DNA of 64,000 nucleotides from Pyrinomonadaceae bacterium (GTDB taxonomy: Bacteria > Acidobacteriota > Blastocatellia > Pyrinomonadales > Pyrinomonadaceae), in the NCBI GenBank assembly GCA_040510435.1, contig JBEVJD010000356.1, forward strand, positions 1,026 to 65,025. The letters run 5' to 3'. The notes beneath the pieces are model-generated. The model did no database searches and was not told where the DNA came from. It saw only the letters and a list, made by a program, of their open reading frames with translations. The position numbers and the translations under genes were made by a program. Positions within the stretch are counted from its first letter, which is position 1. Each line of letters opens with the position of its first letter. This document shows, one piece after another, positions 9,099-18,128 of the stretch.

Positions 9099-9806
9099 TT
9101 AGCCCTTGACGATCTTCGTGCCCGCGGGCAGTTCGATCTGGAAGGGGTTGCCGGGGATATTCGGGTTGCGCTGGATGTTGGTCAGGCGCACGGTCGTCGC
9201 GTCGCCGTTCCTCTCGGTGACGCGGGTCTGGATGGGCATGCCGTCGTCGCTCACCCAGATTTCCGCGAACTGGAAATCGGCGCGGCCGCGCGGCACGAGC
9301 TTCAGCCACCAGACGTGCGGGCTGCCCTTGTAGAGCTCGCCCTCGCCGACCAGCTCGACGTTGAACTGGTTCTTCGCCTGCGAGCCCGACATGTTGAGCG
9401 CCAGGCTGAGCACGCCGCCCGCCTTCCCCTTGTTGTTGCCGGCGGTCTTGGTCGAGCCCTGGTAAGCCTGGTTCAGGCGCGGGCGGTAGAGCGTGTACTG
9501 GCCGCCGGAGACGGCGAGCAGCTCGACGACGGGGCGCTTCCAGTCAACGCGGACGTTGGCGTCGCGGCCCTTGGCGGCGAGGTACTGCACGTCGCCGTAC
9601 TGGTCGTCCGTCGTGCGAATCTGCGAGTTGTACTTCTGCATGTGCACCGCGGCGCGCAGCGAGCCGAGCGAGCGACGGTTACGATCCATCTTGTTGAGGA
9701 TGGAGCTGATCAGACCCGGCCCCTGCGCCTGCGCGGGGGGCGGCGCCACAGAGAGCGAGGCCAAAAGCATCAACGCGGCGAGGGCCGGCGCGAACATCTT
9801 CTTCAT
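9099..9806 (-). CDS. LolA-like outer-membrane lipoprotein carrier/sorting protein
   Basis: Signal peptide MKKMFAPALAALMLLASLSVAPPPAQA and AAGGAG before the ATG at 9806. It is the last gene of the ABC/lipoprotein cluster. The fold call is by context and loose similarity. Confidence 0.65.
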   Translation of the reverse strand: MKKMFAPALAALMLLASLSVAPPPAQAQGPGLISSILNKMDRNRRSLGSLRAAVHMQKYNSQIRTTDDQYGDVQYLAAKGRDANVRVDWKRPVVELLAVSGGQYTLYRPRLNQAYQGSTKTAGNNKGKAGGVLSLALNMSGSQAKNQFNVELVGEGELYKGSPHVWWLKLVPRGRADFQFAEIWVSDDGMPIQTRVTERNGDATTVRLTNIQRNPNIPGNPFQIELPAGTKIVKG

Positions 9807-9873
9807 GCTAACTCCTTCAAACATTCCGGGGAGACTCCTCTGCCGGTCACAAAAACCGGGTAAGTATAGGCAA

Positions 9874-10224
9874 TTACGGCTCTATGTCAACCTCAAAACC
9901 GACCGTACGACCGTCCGTGCTCTTCAGTTCCCTCCAGCCGCTGACGCGGAGGTCAGGCTGACCGGTGATTTTGCGCGCGCAGCGCTCGATGTCGTGCGCG
10001 TCGGGCTCGGCGGTCGCAGCCACACCCGTCGTCCTGATAAGCAGCTTTTGTGCCGCTCCGAGTGCATTTTGATGCGCCGGCGCGCAGGCGAGTTCGCCCC
10101 ATTCAAACCACCCTTTAGGCGTAAGAAATACGAAGGCGAGGATGGCGACGCACAGCACGTCGTACTGCCACGTCGTCCGCCCGTAAGACCAGAAGATGAC
10201 CTTTTTAAAGACGTTCAGGAGCAT
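9874..10224 (-). CDS. Small membrane protein (hypothetical)
   Basis: 116-aa ORF with one hydrophobic helix (YDVLCVAILAFVFL), located between the ATPase and LolA-like genes. Confidence 0.5.
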   Translation of the reverse strand: MLLNVFKKVIFWSYGRTTWQYDVLCVAILAFVFLTPKGWFEWGELACAPAHQNALGAAQKLLIRTTGVAATAEPDAHDIERCARKITGQPDLRVSGWRELKSTDGRTVGFEVDIEP

Positions 10225-10240
10225 ATAAATTCAGACACCT

Positions 10241-10305
10241 GTGATGAGTGATAAGTGATAAGAAAACTGCAATACTCTTATCACTTATCACTCATCACTC
10301 ATCAC
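10241..10305. repeat. Heptamer-arm hairpin (GTGATAA family)
   Basis: gtgatgagtgataagtgataag (10241-10262) pairs with cttatcacttatcactcatcactcatcac (10277-10305). It lies between two co-directional genes of one cluster. Confidence 0.85.
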
Positions 10306-10312
10306 CCTTGCA

Positions 10313-11017
10313 TTATATCTGTACACGGGGGCCCGGGGCAACGATTTGTCCGTCGCGCATCTGTATGATGCGGCGGCACATGGCGGCCGCCTCCGGGTTG
10401 TGCGTGATCATGATGATGGTCTGGTTGAAGCGGTAGTTCATCTCCTGGAACATGTTAAGGACGATGGCGGAGTTCTCTGTGTCGAGATTTCCGGTGGGCT
10501 CGTCGGCCAGGATGAGGGCGGGGCGGTTGACGATGGCGCGGGCGAGCGCCACGCGCTGCTGCTCGCCGCCCGAGAGTTCGAGCGGCTTGTGGTGCATCTT
10601 GTCTTCGAGCTGGAGGAGGCGGAGGACTTCGCGGCGGCGCTCGGGGTCGCCGCCCTTCTTGCCGTCCGCGCCGCCGTGGATGCTCTCGGCGAGCTTCAGA
10701 TTCCCGTCGGCCGTGAGCGTGGGGAAGAGGTTGAAGCGCTGGAAGACGAATCCGATCTTGCGGCGGCGGATGTCCGTGCGCTTGGCGTCCGTGGCGGCCG
10801 TCAGGTCTTCGTCGTCGATGACGATGCGACCCGTCGTCGGCGTCAGGAGTCCGCCGAGCAGGTGCAGCATCGTGGACTTGCCGCAACCCGAGGGCCCCAT
10901 GATGGCGAGGTACTCGCCCTCCTCCACGTCGAGCGAGACGCCCCGCAGCGCGGGCACGTCCACGCTCCCCACCCGGTAGACCTTCGTCAGATTTTCCGCC
11001 TGTAGAATCGTTCGCAT
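10313..11017 (-). CDS. ABC transporter ATP-binding protein (LolD/MacB type)
   Basis: Walker [10 protein letters not shown], signature LSGGEQQRV, Walker [13 protein letters not shown]. Confidence 0.93.
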   Translation of the reverse strand: MRTILQAENLTKVYRVGSVDVPALRGVSLDVEEGEYLAIMGPSGCGKSTMLHLLGGLLTPTTGRIVIDDEDLTAATDAKRTDIRRRKIGFVFQRFNLFPTLTADGNLKLAESIHGGADGKKGGDPERRREVLRLLQLEDKMHHKPLELSGGEQQRVALARAIVNRPALILADEPTGNLDTENSAIVLNMFQEMNYRFNQTIIMITHNPEAAAMCRRIIQMRDGQIVAPGPRVQI

Positions 11018-11024
11018 CGGAAAC

Positions 11025-11137
11025 CAGTAGTCAGTAGTCAGTAGTCAGTAGAAAAATTCTCTTCATCTTAACAGTCAGCTTAAGAAGGTCAACGTCGGCG
11101 ACGCGGAGCGCCTACTGACTACTGTCTCCTGACTACT
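11025..11137. repeat. Heptamer-arm hairpin (GTAGTCA family)
   Basis: cagtagt x3 + cagtag (11025-11051) pairs with ctactgactactgtctcctgactact (11112-11137). The permease TAG stop (11133-11135) lies inside the right arm. Confidence 0.88.
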
Positions 11138-12266
11138 CATAAGCAAGCGCGCTCACGGCGTCGAGGTTGGCGGCGCGGACGGCCGGATAGAGCGCGCCCA
11201 GGGCGCCGCCGAACAGCCCGATGAGCGCGGCCGTTAAGCCCCAGGCCCAACTGTACTCGAAGGGCAGGGCGTAGGCGCTCTGGATCACGTAGCCGACCAG
11301 GAACGAGATGGCGAAGCCGGCGACGACGCCGATGACGCTGATGAGCACGGCCTCCTTCACGATCTCGCCGACGATGAAGCCGCGCGACGCGCCGAGCGCC
11401 TTCAGAATGCCGATCTCGCGCGTCCGCTCCGTGATGGTCGTGTACATCGCCAGCATCACCACGAGCCCGCTCACCAGCGCCGAGAGCCCGACCAGCGTGC
11501 GGAGGAAGATGCCGAGGTACGGGATGCTCTTCTCGATGTTGGTGATGATGTCGCGCGTGAGCTGAATCTTGTTGCCCGGCAGCTCCTGGTCGATCTTGCG
11601 CGCCATCTCGACCGCCCGCGCGGGGTCTTTGAGCTTGACGTAAATCCAGGTGCACTTGTTCGGCGCCTGGAGCGCGTCCTGCATCGCGGCCAGAGGCATT
11701 TTGACGCGCGGCCCGGCCTCGGGCGTGTAGATGCCGGCGACCGTGTAGGACTGGTTGCCGAAGAGTTTCATCTCGCTGCCGACCGTCAGGTTGTTGTTGC
11801 GCGCCTTCGCCTCGTCGATGACGACCTCCCTGGTCACGGGCTCGCCGTTCTCGTTAACGACGAAGCGCGGCGGGCGCCCCGCCACGAGGCTCATCCCGTT
11901 CATCGCGGCGAACGCCTCCCAGTCCACGCCCTCGACCTGCTCGAAGCCGAAGCCCTTGCCGCCCTGCGAGACATAGCGGATGTCGGGGATGGCCGTCGCG
12001 ACGCCCTCGATCTTTAAAAGCTCGTCGGCGTACTGCACGGGCAGGTTGGCCGACGTGCTCATCAACTGCGTCGAGCCCGCGTCGCGCGTAAACACGATCT
12101 CGGCCTTCAAGTTCTGCGAACGCCGTTCGAGGTCGTTCGACAGTCCGCGCGCCAGCCCCGTGAAGAGCATCACCAGGCAGACCCCGAGCGCCACGCCCGC
12201 CGCGCTCACGACGGCGCGCACGGGGCGCTGGCGCACGTTGGCTGTGACGAGACTGTCCATGCTCAC
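11133..12266 (-). CDS. ABC transporter permease, FtsX/MacB-LolCE type
   Basis: N-terminal TM, a large periplasmic domain, and a C-terminal FtsX-like 3-TM bundle (REIGILKALGASRGFI). GTG start. Confidence 0.88.
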   Translation of the reverse strand: MSMDSLVTANVRQRPVRAVVSAAGVALGVCLVMLFTGLARGLSNDLERRSQNLKAEIVFTRDAGSTQLMSTSANLPVQYADELLKIEGVATAIPDIRYVSQGGKGFGFEQVEGVDWEAFAAMNGMSLVAGRPPRFVVNENGEPVTREVVIDEAKARNNNLTVGSEMKLFGNQSYTVAGIYTPEAGPRVKMPLAAMQDALQAPNKCTWIYVKLKDPARAVEMARKIDQELPGNKIQLTRDIITNIEKSIPYLGIFLRTLVGLSALVSGLVVMLAMYTTITERTREIGILKALGASRGFIVGEIVKEAVLISVIGVVAGFAISFLVGYVIQSAYALPFEYSWAWGLTAALIGLFGGALGALYPAVRAANLDAVSALAYE

Positions 12267-12272
12267 TTCGTT

Positions 12273-12353
12273 CGCGTAAACCGTGAACCGTCAACCGTGA
12301 CGAGATAAAACCTGCTCTCCTCTTATCACGGTTGACGGTTCACGGTTTACGCG
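12273..12353. repeat. Perfect 28-bp-arm hairpin (CCGTGAA-type heptamers)
   Basis: cgcgtaaaccgtgaaccgtcaaccgtga (12273-12300) and its exact reverse complement (12326-12353), with a 25-nt loop. The TGA stop of the upstream gene (12340-12342) lies in the arm. Confidence 0.92.
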
Positions 12354-13422
12354 CATCAAGGTTGACCTCCGGCAGGTTCGAGCTGTTCTTCAGGACGAAG
12401 ATTTCGGGGTCGTAGGTCTGGTCAACTTTGACCGCGCCGGGGTCTTGAAACGCGAGCCGGATCGAGTAGTGATCCTGCGGACGCGTCAGCTCGATCTGCG
12501 CGGGCTGGCGCAGGCGCCCATCCTCGCCGAACGGCTGCGGGTTGCTGTAGACCACGTCGGTGATGAGCTGCCCGCGGTCACCGTACATCTGCACGCGCGC
12601 GAGCCGGAGCGTCCCGACGCGGTCGAACCAGAAGCGGCGCGTGACGCGCGCGCGGTTCTGCGTCACCAGCTCCAGCTCCGACAGCACGTAGTAGCCGCGC
12701 ACGACGCGCGCGCCCTTCTGCGCGCCGGAGCGCGTGTCGGCCTCCTCCTCGTAGGTCTCGGCCTGCGCGTAGACGTGTTTCGTGTCTTCGAAAGAGACGG
12801 GGGGGACGAGCACGGCGTCGGTCAAGTGCTGCGGCCGGAGGGAGGAGAGGGCGCTGACGGTGGCGCGCTGCATCGCCTCCTCGCGCCGCTTGCCGCTCAG
12901 GTTGCAGTCGAGTTGAGCACTGGCGCCGTTGGCCTCCAGGCGCTCGTACTGCGCGGCGTTCGACCCCGTCACAAAGCGCTTGTACTTGTCGTCGCCCATG
13001 TAGACGGCCGCCCAGAAGCGCTCGCCGGTCGAGCTCATCTCGGCGACCTTCGTGCCGACGATGGGCAACTGCACGGTCAGGTAGACCTGCCCCGGTCGCT
13101 GCACGACCAGCCTGCCGTCGGCCGTGCGGTACTTCTCGGCGAGCCCGCAGGGGGCGTAGCTCGTGTCGAGGAACTGTATGTCAACCCGGCCGTTCAGGGA
13201 ACGCACCGCGGCGAGGCGGTTGACCTCCTCGAACATCTGGGGCATGTCGGCCTCGACGAGCGGGGTCAGCGGCTGCGGCACGGAGATGCGCCTCGACGCC
13301 TTGAAGAGGCCGCACCCAGAGACCAGCACCGCCGCCGACAGCACGGCCAGGACGGCCGCGACCCGGACACACCCCCAGTTTTTCAGCCTGTGCATCGAAA
13401 GCAAAAGTCGAACCCGCGCCAC
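12340..13422 (-). CDS. Lipoprotein (possible LolB/DUF4292-like), first gene of the ABC cluster
   Basis: Lipobox AAVLVSGC. The start is ambiguous (GTG 13422 or ATG 13395). Confidence 0.7.
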   Translation of the reverse strand: MARVRLLLSMHRLKNWGCVRVAAVLAVLSAAVLVSGCGLFKASRRISVPQPLTPLVEADMPQMFEEVNRLAAVRSLNGRVDIQFLDTSYAPCGLAEKYRTADGRLVVQRPGQVYLTVQLPIVGTKVAEMSSTGERFWAAVYMGDDKYKRFVTGSNAAQYERLEANGASAQLDCNLSGKRREEAMQRATVSALSSLRPQHLTDAVLVPPVSFEDTKHVYAQAETYEEEADTRSGAQKGARVVRGYYVLSELELVTQNRARVTRRFWFDRVGTLRLARVQMYGDRGQLITDVVYSNPQPFGEDGRLRQPAQIELTRPQDHYSIRLAFQDPGAVKVDQTYDPEIFVLKNSSNLPEVNLDARKP

Positions 13423-13504
13423 CCGCCACCCCGCAAAGATTCCCGAAATCAGTTAAGGGAAGCTAACAAACGCGCTTCGGCCTTGTCAACGAAGGGCAGA
13501 AGTT

Positions 13505-13593
13505 GGGACGGGGAGAAGGGGCGACGGGGGGAGGGGGAGATACAGCGTGGCGGTAGTCACCCCGTCACCCCTTCACCCCTTCTCCCCGTCCCC
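13505..13593. repeat. Hairpin of the GGGGAG-type family
   Basis: gggacggggagaaggggcgacgggg (13505-13529) pairs with ccccgtcaccccttcaccccttctccccgtcccc (13560-13593). Confidence 0.8.
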
Positions 13594-13595
13594 AC

Positions 13596-14030
13596 TCAGT
13601 CCAGCATCAGCGGCGGCTTCTCGAAGCGGGCGCGGACGGCGTTGACGGCGGCGTTGACCCGGGGGCGGCTGACAATGCGCGTTTCGAGCGCGCGTTTGCC
13701 GGGGAAATCCAACAGCATGATGCCGAGCAGGATCGTGAGCACGCCCTGCCCCGGCACCCCGGGCAGCGACATGACGACGCCGAAGCCGACCAGCACCAGC
13801 CCGAGCAGGTTCTTCGCGAAGATGCCCAAGGCGCGCAGGATTGGATGGCGGTGGACGAGGAACTCGCGGTCGTGCGACGAGTGGAAGTAGTTCGCCGGGA
13901 GCTTCACCAGCACCACCGTCACCACGCCGATGCTCGCGACGAACGTCACCACCGAGAACAGCACCCCGAAGAGCACCTGCCCCCACGTCAGCCCCCACCC
14001 GTGAATCGTCTCCGTCAGCCAGTCAATCAT
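13596..14030 (-). CDS. Small integral membrane protein (hypothetical)
   Basis: 144 aa with hydrophobic helices (VLFGVLFSVVTFVASIGVVTVVLV; LLGLVLVGFGVVMSLPGVPGQGVLTILLGIMLL). Confidence 0.7.
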   Translation of the reverse strand: MIDWLTETIHGWGLTWGQVLFGVLFSVVTFVASIGVVTVVLVKLPANYFHSSHDREFLVHRHPILRALGIFAKNLLGLVLVGFGVVMSLPGVPGQGVLTILLGIMLLDFPGKRALETRIVSRPRVNAAVNAVRARFEKPPLMLD

Positions 14031-14036
14031 AAAAGA

Positions 14037-14159
14037 AGTAGACAGTAGTCAGTAGTCAGTAGTCAGTAGAAACCCCTTAATGAGTAGGGCTGTCAGTATT
14101 TCAGTACAACGTCCGCCGGGCGGAGCCTACTGACGACTGTCTACTGTCTCCTGACTACT
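14037..14159. repeat. Heptamer-arm hairpin (GTAGTCA family)
   Basis: agtagacagtagtcagtagtcagtagtcagtag (14037-14069) pairs with ctactgacgactgtctactgtctcctgactact (14127-14159). The TAG stop of the HD gene (14141-14143) lies in the arm. Confidence 0.88.
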
Positions 14160-14728
14160 TGCTTTCTTTCCTCCACGAGCGCCGCGACCATCTCGCGGAC
14201 GACCTCGCGGGCCGGGTCTTCGAGCTGGAAGTCGCGTTCGGCGGCTCCCTCCCAGAACTCGTCGAGGCCGCGCGAGCCGGCGCGCTCGAAGGCGAACGCC
14301 TGCGCCAGCAGGTCTATCACGTCAGCCGCCTTGACGAGCCGCGCCTCCAGGCTCGCACGCGACTCGTAGTCCTCGTGCAGTTCCGCGTAACGGGCGGCGT
14401 GCGCCGCGCCCGCGCCGCGCATGATGTCGTCGAAGGCCGCGCGCTCGGCCGCGCGCCGCGCCTCCCGGCCGTAGTAGTCGGCGACCGTGCGCGGCATGTC
14501 GCCCGTGCGCGTCTCCTGCAAGTCGTGCAGCAGCGCGATGCGCAACAACCGTCCCACGTCCACCGCAACGCCGCGCGCCGCGCACTCGTCCGCCAGAAGC
14601 ATCGCCGTCAGAGCCACCCCGTACGAATGCGCCGCCACCGACTCCGCCCCCGGCGGCAGTCCCCGCAAGACCCACCCCGTCCGGTCGAGCCGCTTCAAAC
14701 GCTGTAGTTCGAGGAGGACGCTCAGCAT
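14141..14728 (-). CDS. HD-domain hydrolase (YfbR-like 5'-nucleotidase family)
   Basis: AAHSYGVA...LLHDLQETRTGD (H...HD...D). The ATG at 14728 is preferred because upstream codons fall in the repeat arm. Confidence 0.8.
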   Translation of the reverse strand: MLSVLLELQRLKRLDRTGWVLRGLPPGAESVAAHSYGVALTAMLLADECAARGVAVDVGRLLRIALLHDLQETRTGDMPRTVADYYGREARRAAERAAFDDIMRGAGAAHAARYAELHEDYESRASLEARLVKAADVIDLLAQAFAFERAGSRGLDEFWEGAAERDFQLEDPAREVVREMVAALVEERKQVVRRQ

Positions 14729-14735
14729 AACAGGG

Positions 14736-14816
14736 GTGATAAGTGATGAGTGATAAGTGATAAGAGAATACAAGGCCCGTGTTTAGTCTTATCACTTATC
14801 ACTCATCACTTATCAC
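14736..14816. repeat. Perfect 29-bp-arm hairpin (GTGATAA family)
   Basis: gtgataagtgatgagtgataagtgataag (14736-14764) and its exact reverse complement (14788-14816), with a 23-nt loop. It abuts the stop of the oxidase gene. Confidence 0.92.
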
Positions 14817-16244
14817 TCAAACAAACACCTTTCCCGGGTTGAGTATTCCAAGGGGGTCGAGGGCGCGTTTGATGCGGCGCATGGCTTCGATGGTGTCGGA
14901 GCCGAGCGCCATGTCGAGATAGGGGGCCTTGACGTAGCCGATGCCGTGCTCGCCGCTGATGGTGCCGCCCAAATTCACGGAGACCGCGAAGGTCTCGCCG
15001 ACGGCGGCGCGGGCGCGCGCGACCGCCGCGGGGTCGTCGCGGTCGCACATGAAGTTGACGTGGATGTTGCCGTCGCCGAGGTGGCCGAAGTTGACGACGA
15101 AGGTGTCGTGCCTGCGCCCTATCTCCTCGACGCGCTCGATCAGCTCGGGCACGCGCGAGCGCGGGACGACCACGTCCTCGTTGAACTTGAGCGTGCCGAA
15201 CTTCTTGATCGCGGGCGAGAGCGCGCGCCGCACGTCCCACAGGCGGTCTTCGTCCTCGCGCGACTCCGAACGCAGAATGTCGTAGCCGCCCAACTCCTTC
15301 ACCACTTCCTCCACCAAACGAATCTCGCGCTCGACCTCTTCGCGCGGGCCGTCCACGGAGACGAGCAGGAGCGCGCCGGCCTCGGGGTCGATGCCGAAGG
15401 CGAACTCGGATTCGACGGCGCGGATGGCGTTGCGGTCTAAGACCTCGATGGCGACGGGCGTGACGCGCGCGCGCGTGAAGGCGGGCGGGCAGGCGCAGGC
15501 CGCGGTCATCGTCTTGAAGGTCGCGCGCACGGTGCGCGTCGTCTCGGGCAGCGGCAGGAGTTTGAGCGTCGCCTCGGTGATGATGCCGAGCAAGCCTTCC
15601 GAGCCGCAGATGAGACCCGTCAGGTCGAAGCCGACGACGTTCTTGCTCGTCAGGCCGCCCGTGCGGACGATCTCGCCCGTGGGGAGGACGACTTCGAGGC
15701 CGAGCACGTAGTGCTTCGTCACGCCGTACTTCGCCGAGCGGATGCCGCCTGCGTTCTCGGCGATGTTGCCGCCGATGAAAGAGTTCTTATAAGAGGCCGG
15801 GTCGGGCGGGTAGAAGAGACCCATCTCCTCGACGGCCTGTTGCAGCGCGTAGGTCGTCACCCCCGGCTCGGTGACGGCGTAGAGGTTTTCGACCGAGACT
15901 TCGCGGATGCGGTTCATCCGATCGGTGCCGATGACGATGCCGCCCTCGACCGGCACCGCGCCGCCCGTGTAGCCGACGCCGCCGCCGCGCGCCGTGACGG
16001 GGAAGCGCCACTCGTTGGCGAGGCGCAGTATCGCGGAAATCTCTTCGGCCGAGCGGGGCAGCACGACGGCCTCGGGCGGGAACTTCTCCTTCAGCGCGTC
16101 GCCCGCGTAGGGCTCGACCCGCTCCTCGTCCACGAGCACGTTCTCCGCGCCGACCGTCTCGCGCAGACGCGCCAGCACCTCCGGCTCGGAGGCGGCCGTG
16201 CGCGCGCGCACACCTTTGTCTGCGAAATGAATCGTCCGGCTCAT
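14817..16244 (-). CDS. FAD-linked oxidase (GlcD / D-lactate dehydrogenase family)
   Basis: FAD-binding PCMH-type N-terminus (PVTARGGGVGYTGGAVP) and C-terminal FAD-oxidase_C (GTISGEHGIGYVK). An alternative TTG start lies at 16271. Confidence 0.9.
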   Translation of the reverse strand: MSRTIHFADKGVRARTAASEPEVLARLRETVGAENVLVDEERVEPYAGDALKEKFPPEAVVLPRSAEEISAILRLANEWRFPVTARGGGVGYTGGAVPVEGGIVIGTDRMNRIREVSVENLYAVTEPGVTTYALQQAVEEMGLFYPPDPASYKNSFIGGNIAENAGGIRSAKYGVTKHYVLGLEVVLPTGEIVRTGGLTSKNVVGFDLTGLICGSEGLLGIITEATLKLLPLPETTRTVRATFKTMTAACACPPAFTRARVTPVAIEVLDRNAIRAVESEFAFGIDPEAGALLLVSVDGPREEVEREIRLVEEVVKELGGYDILRSESREDEDRLWDVRRALSPAIKKFGTLKFNEDVVVPRSRVPELIERVEEIGRRHDTFVVNFGHLGDGNIHVNFMCDRDDPAAVARARAAVGETFAVSVNLGGTISGEHGIGYVKAPYLDMALGSDTIEAMRRIKRALDPLGILNPGKVFV

Positions 16245-16310
16245 CCTGTAAAGCTTTGCTCCCTCGCCCAATACTAGCGTGCGCGGCGCGGCTCATCAAC
16301 ACGGGAAGAA

Positions 16311-16536
16311 CAGTAGGCAGTAGGCAGAGGGCAGTAAGCAGTGAGCCCCGGAGGGGCGGGATGTTTATAGCCCCCACGGTGTAAAAGACCCCGAGCCCCG
16401 TCAGGGGCGACATACACATGCCGCTCCTCCGGAGCTTGTCAGGTTAAGTATTACCCTTGAGCTATAAACATCCCGCCCCTCCGGGACTTCTCAAACAGCC
16501 TTCTACCTGCCTGCTGCCATCTGCCTACTGCCTACT
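16311..16536. repeat. Heptamer-arm hairpin (GGCAGTA family) enclosing a MITE-like element
   Basis: cagtaggcagtaggcagagggcagtaagcag (from 16311) pairs with ctacctgcctgctgccatctgcctactgcctact (16503-16536). Confidence 0.8.
16345..16498. mobile_element. MITE-like element, copy 1
   Basis: Perfect 24-bp terminal inverted repeats ccggaggggcgggatgtttatagc (16348-16371) and gctataaacatcccgcccctccgg (16461-16484). The core ccccgagccccgtcaggggcgacatacacatgccgctcctccggagcttg is shared with the copy at 24884. Confidence 0.8.
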
Positions 16537-16730
16537 CTCACCGCCCACTTCCCCTCCCCAACATTTTCCTTCCCAGACCGGTCGAAAGTGTTTAGAATGC
16601 TCGCCCATTACGGGACGGAGGCGGGCGCTCCCATACAGTCCGCGGCCGTCGCCCCTCAACCCGACAGGCCGGCGTGGCCCGCGGCGTGTGCTGAAGCCTC
16701 ACAATCGTTTTCGCTCTCAGACATGAAGGG

Positions 16731-17471
16731 ATGAATATGAAAAGGGGAATCTGCCTCCTCGTTCTCTTCGTCTTTGCGGCGCCCACGCTCCCTTCGGCGG
16801 GCGCGGCAGCGGCGGAAGACTCGTTGGCCTCCGTCCTGAAGCAGGGGGGCTACACCGTCTCTCTGGATTTGAGGGTGAAGAAGAAGAAGCGCGACTCTCT
16901 GGAGCGGGTCGTCAGCGACCTGCTCGGCGACAACGGGCCGAACGCCTACGCGACCGGCTTCGTCGTCGGCGAGGGGCTGGTGATGACCTCTTACCACGTC
17001 GTCTCGGGCGGCTTGAGCGCTGACAAGCGGCGGCAGCTCGGCTTCACCCTCGACGACCAGCTCGTGGTCGAGGCGTCGGTCAAGGGCTGCGTCGCCAAGG
17101 TGCTCAAGATCGACCCGGACTCCGACCTCGCGCTGCTCGGCATCTGCGGGACGCCGAAGCACGCCACGACCTTCGCCGTGCAGGAGGCGGTCAGCCCTGA
17201 CGAGGAACTGCTCGTCATCGCCCGCCCCAACGGCAACAAGGCCGTCAAGCGCGGCGGCTTCAAAGGCCCCTACACGTACCGCGGCAAAGAATACTGGTCG
17301 GCCAAGATCGAGGGGCGCGACGGCTTCTCCGGCAGCCCCGTCTTCAACGAGAAGGGACAACTCGTCGGCGTCTTCAGCGGCTACGACTACACACGCAAGG
17401 TCGCGCTCATCAGCCCCGGCGCCCACGCCCAGAAGCTCCTCCAGGACTACGCCGCACATCTCAAGCAGTAG
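16731..17471 (+). CDS. Secreted trypsin-like (S1/S1C-like) serine protease
   Basis: Signal peptide. Catalytic-triad contexts TSYHVV, DSDLALL, GFSGSPVF. Confidence 0.8.
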   Translation: MNMKRGICLLVLFVFAAPTLPSAGAAAAEDSLASVLKQGGYTVSLDLRVKKKKRDSLERVVSDLLGDNGPNAYATGFVVGEGLVMTSYHVVSGGLSADKRRQLGFTLDDQLVVEASVKGCVAKVLKIDPDSDLALLGICGTPKHATTFAVQEAVSPDEELLVIARPNGNKAVKRGGFKGPYTYRGKEYWSAKIEGRDGFSGSPVFNEKGQLVGVFSGYDYTRKVALISPGAHAQKLLQDYAAHLKQ

Positions 17472-17491
17472 AGCGCCGCTCAAAAACGTTC

Positions 17492-17566
17492 GCGCCCGCC
17501 CCGGAACCGCATCGGCCCCCACGCCTTCCGCGTGCAGTGGCCGAACGCCGTTTCCGGGGCGGGCGC
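17492..17566 (+). terminator. Possible terminator hairpin after the protease gene
   Basis: gcgcccgccccggaa (17492-17506) pairs with ttccggggcgggcgc (17552-17566), followed by tctttgtgatgttt. The loop is large. Confidence 0.35.
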
Positions 17567-17660
17567 TCTTTGTGATGTTTGAGGTTAAGCGGAGATACCC
17601 CGCGCGTGATTGCGAATCCGTTACATTGCGCTTGTCATGAGGAGACGGGGCTTAAAGGAA

Positions 17661-17747
17661 TTAACCACGGAGACACAGAGACACGCTAAGGCACAGCTAA
17701 AGTCATCAGGCTGTGTTCAAGCCGTGTCTCTGTGTCTCTGTGGTTAA
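17661..17747. repeat. Octamer-arm hairpin (AGAGACAC family)
   Basis: ttaaccacggagacacagagacacg (17661-17685) pairs with ccgtgtctctgtgtctctgtggttaa (17722-17747). A related copy lies at 45667. Confidence 0.85.
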
Positions 17748-17790
17748 TAAGGTCGCGCGCGAAGGCGCAGCGACGGAGGCGTCGGCTCAC

Positions 17791-17946
17791 TCACCCGCAG
17801 TCGGGGTGGTGGCAGGTGCAGCCGATCTCCATCATGTGCACCTTGGACGCGTCCTCGCACTCCTCCGAGCAGTACTTGCTGCCCTCCGCCGCCGGGCAGT
17901 CGCAGGTCTCGCGAGCGCACTTGTTCTTCGGCCTCTCGTCCGCCAT
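17791..17946 (-). CDS. Bacterial metallothionein, SmtA/BmtA-like (51 aa, absent from the ORF track)
   Basis: Translation: MADERPKNKCARETCDCPAAEGSKYCSEECEDASKVHMMEIGCTCHHPDCG. GGAGG lies 6-7 nt upstream. The pattern KCAxExCxC...YCSExC...GCxCHxxxC matches Synechococcus SmtA (KCACEPCLC...YYCSEACADGH...GCGHTGCNC). Confidence 0.65.
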   Translation of the reverse strand: MADERPKNKCARETCDCPAAEGSKYCSEECEDASKVHMMEIGCTCHHPDCG

Positions 17947-18024
17947 CTCAACCTCCTCGTTTTCGACTGTTCGTGGTCGGGGTACTTGCGCCTAAGTTTC
18001 GACCCGAGACGCCGCTTAAGTCAA

Positions 18025-18119
18025 GATGGGGAGAGTGAGAGACGGGGTGACGGAGAGACATCGCAAGCAGTACATGACTGCTTTCTCTCCCCGTCACCCC
18101 GTCTCCCACTCTCCCCGTC
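18025..18119. repeat. Hairpin of the GGGGAG-type family
   Basis: gatggggagagtgagagacggggtgacggagaga (18025-18058) pairs with tctctccccgtcaccccgtctcccactctccccgtc (18084-18119). Confidence 0.85.
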
Positions 18120-18128
18120 TGACTCAGC

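Noticed and set aside
16457-16726. ORFs translating KHPAPPGLLKQ-like peptides: 16457-16726, and the tails of 15787-16419 and 27049-28068.
   Set aside because: The shared peptide is simply one reading frame of the MITE terminal repeat. The ORFs otherwise run through repeat arms and have no coding character.
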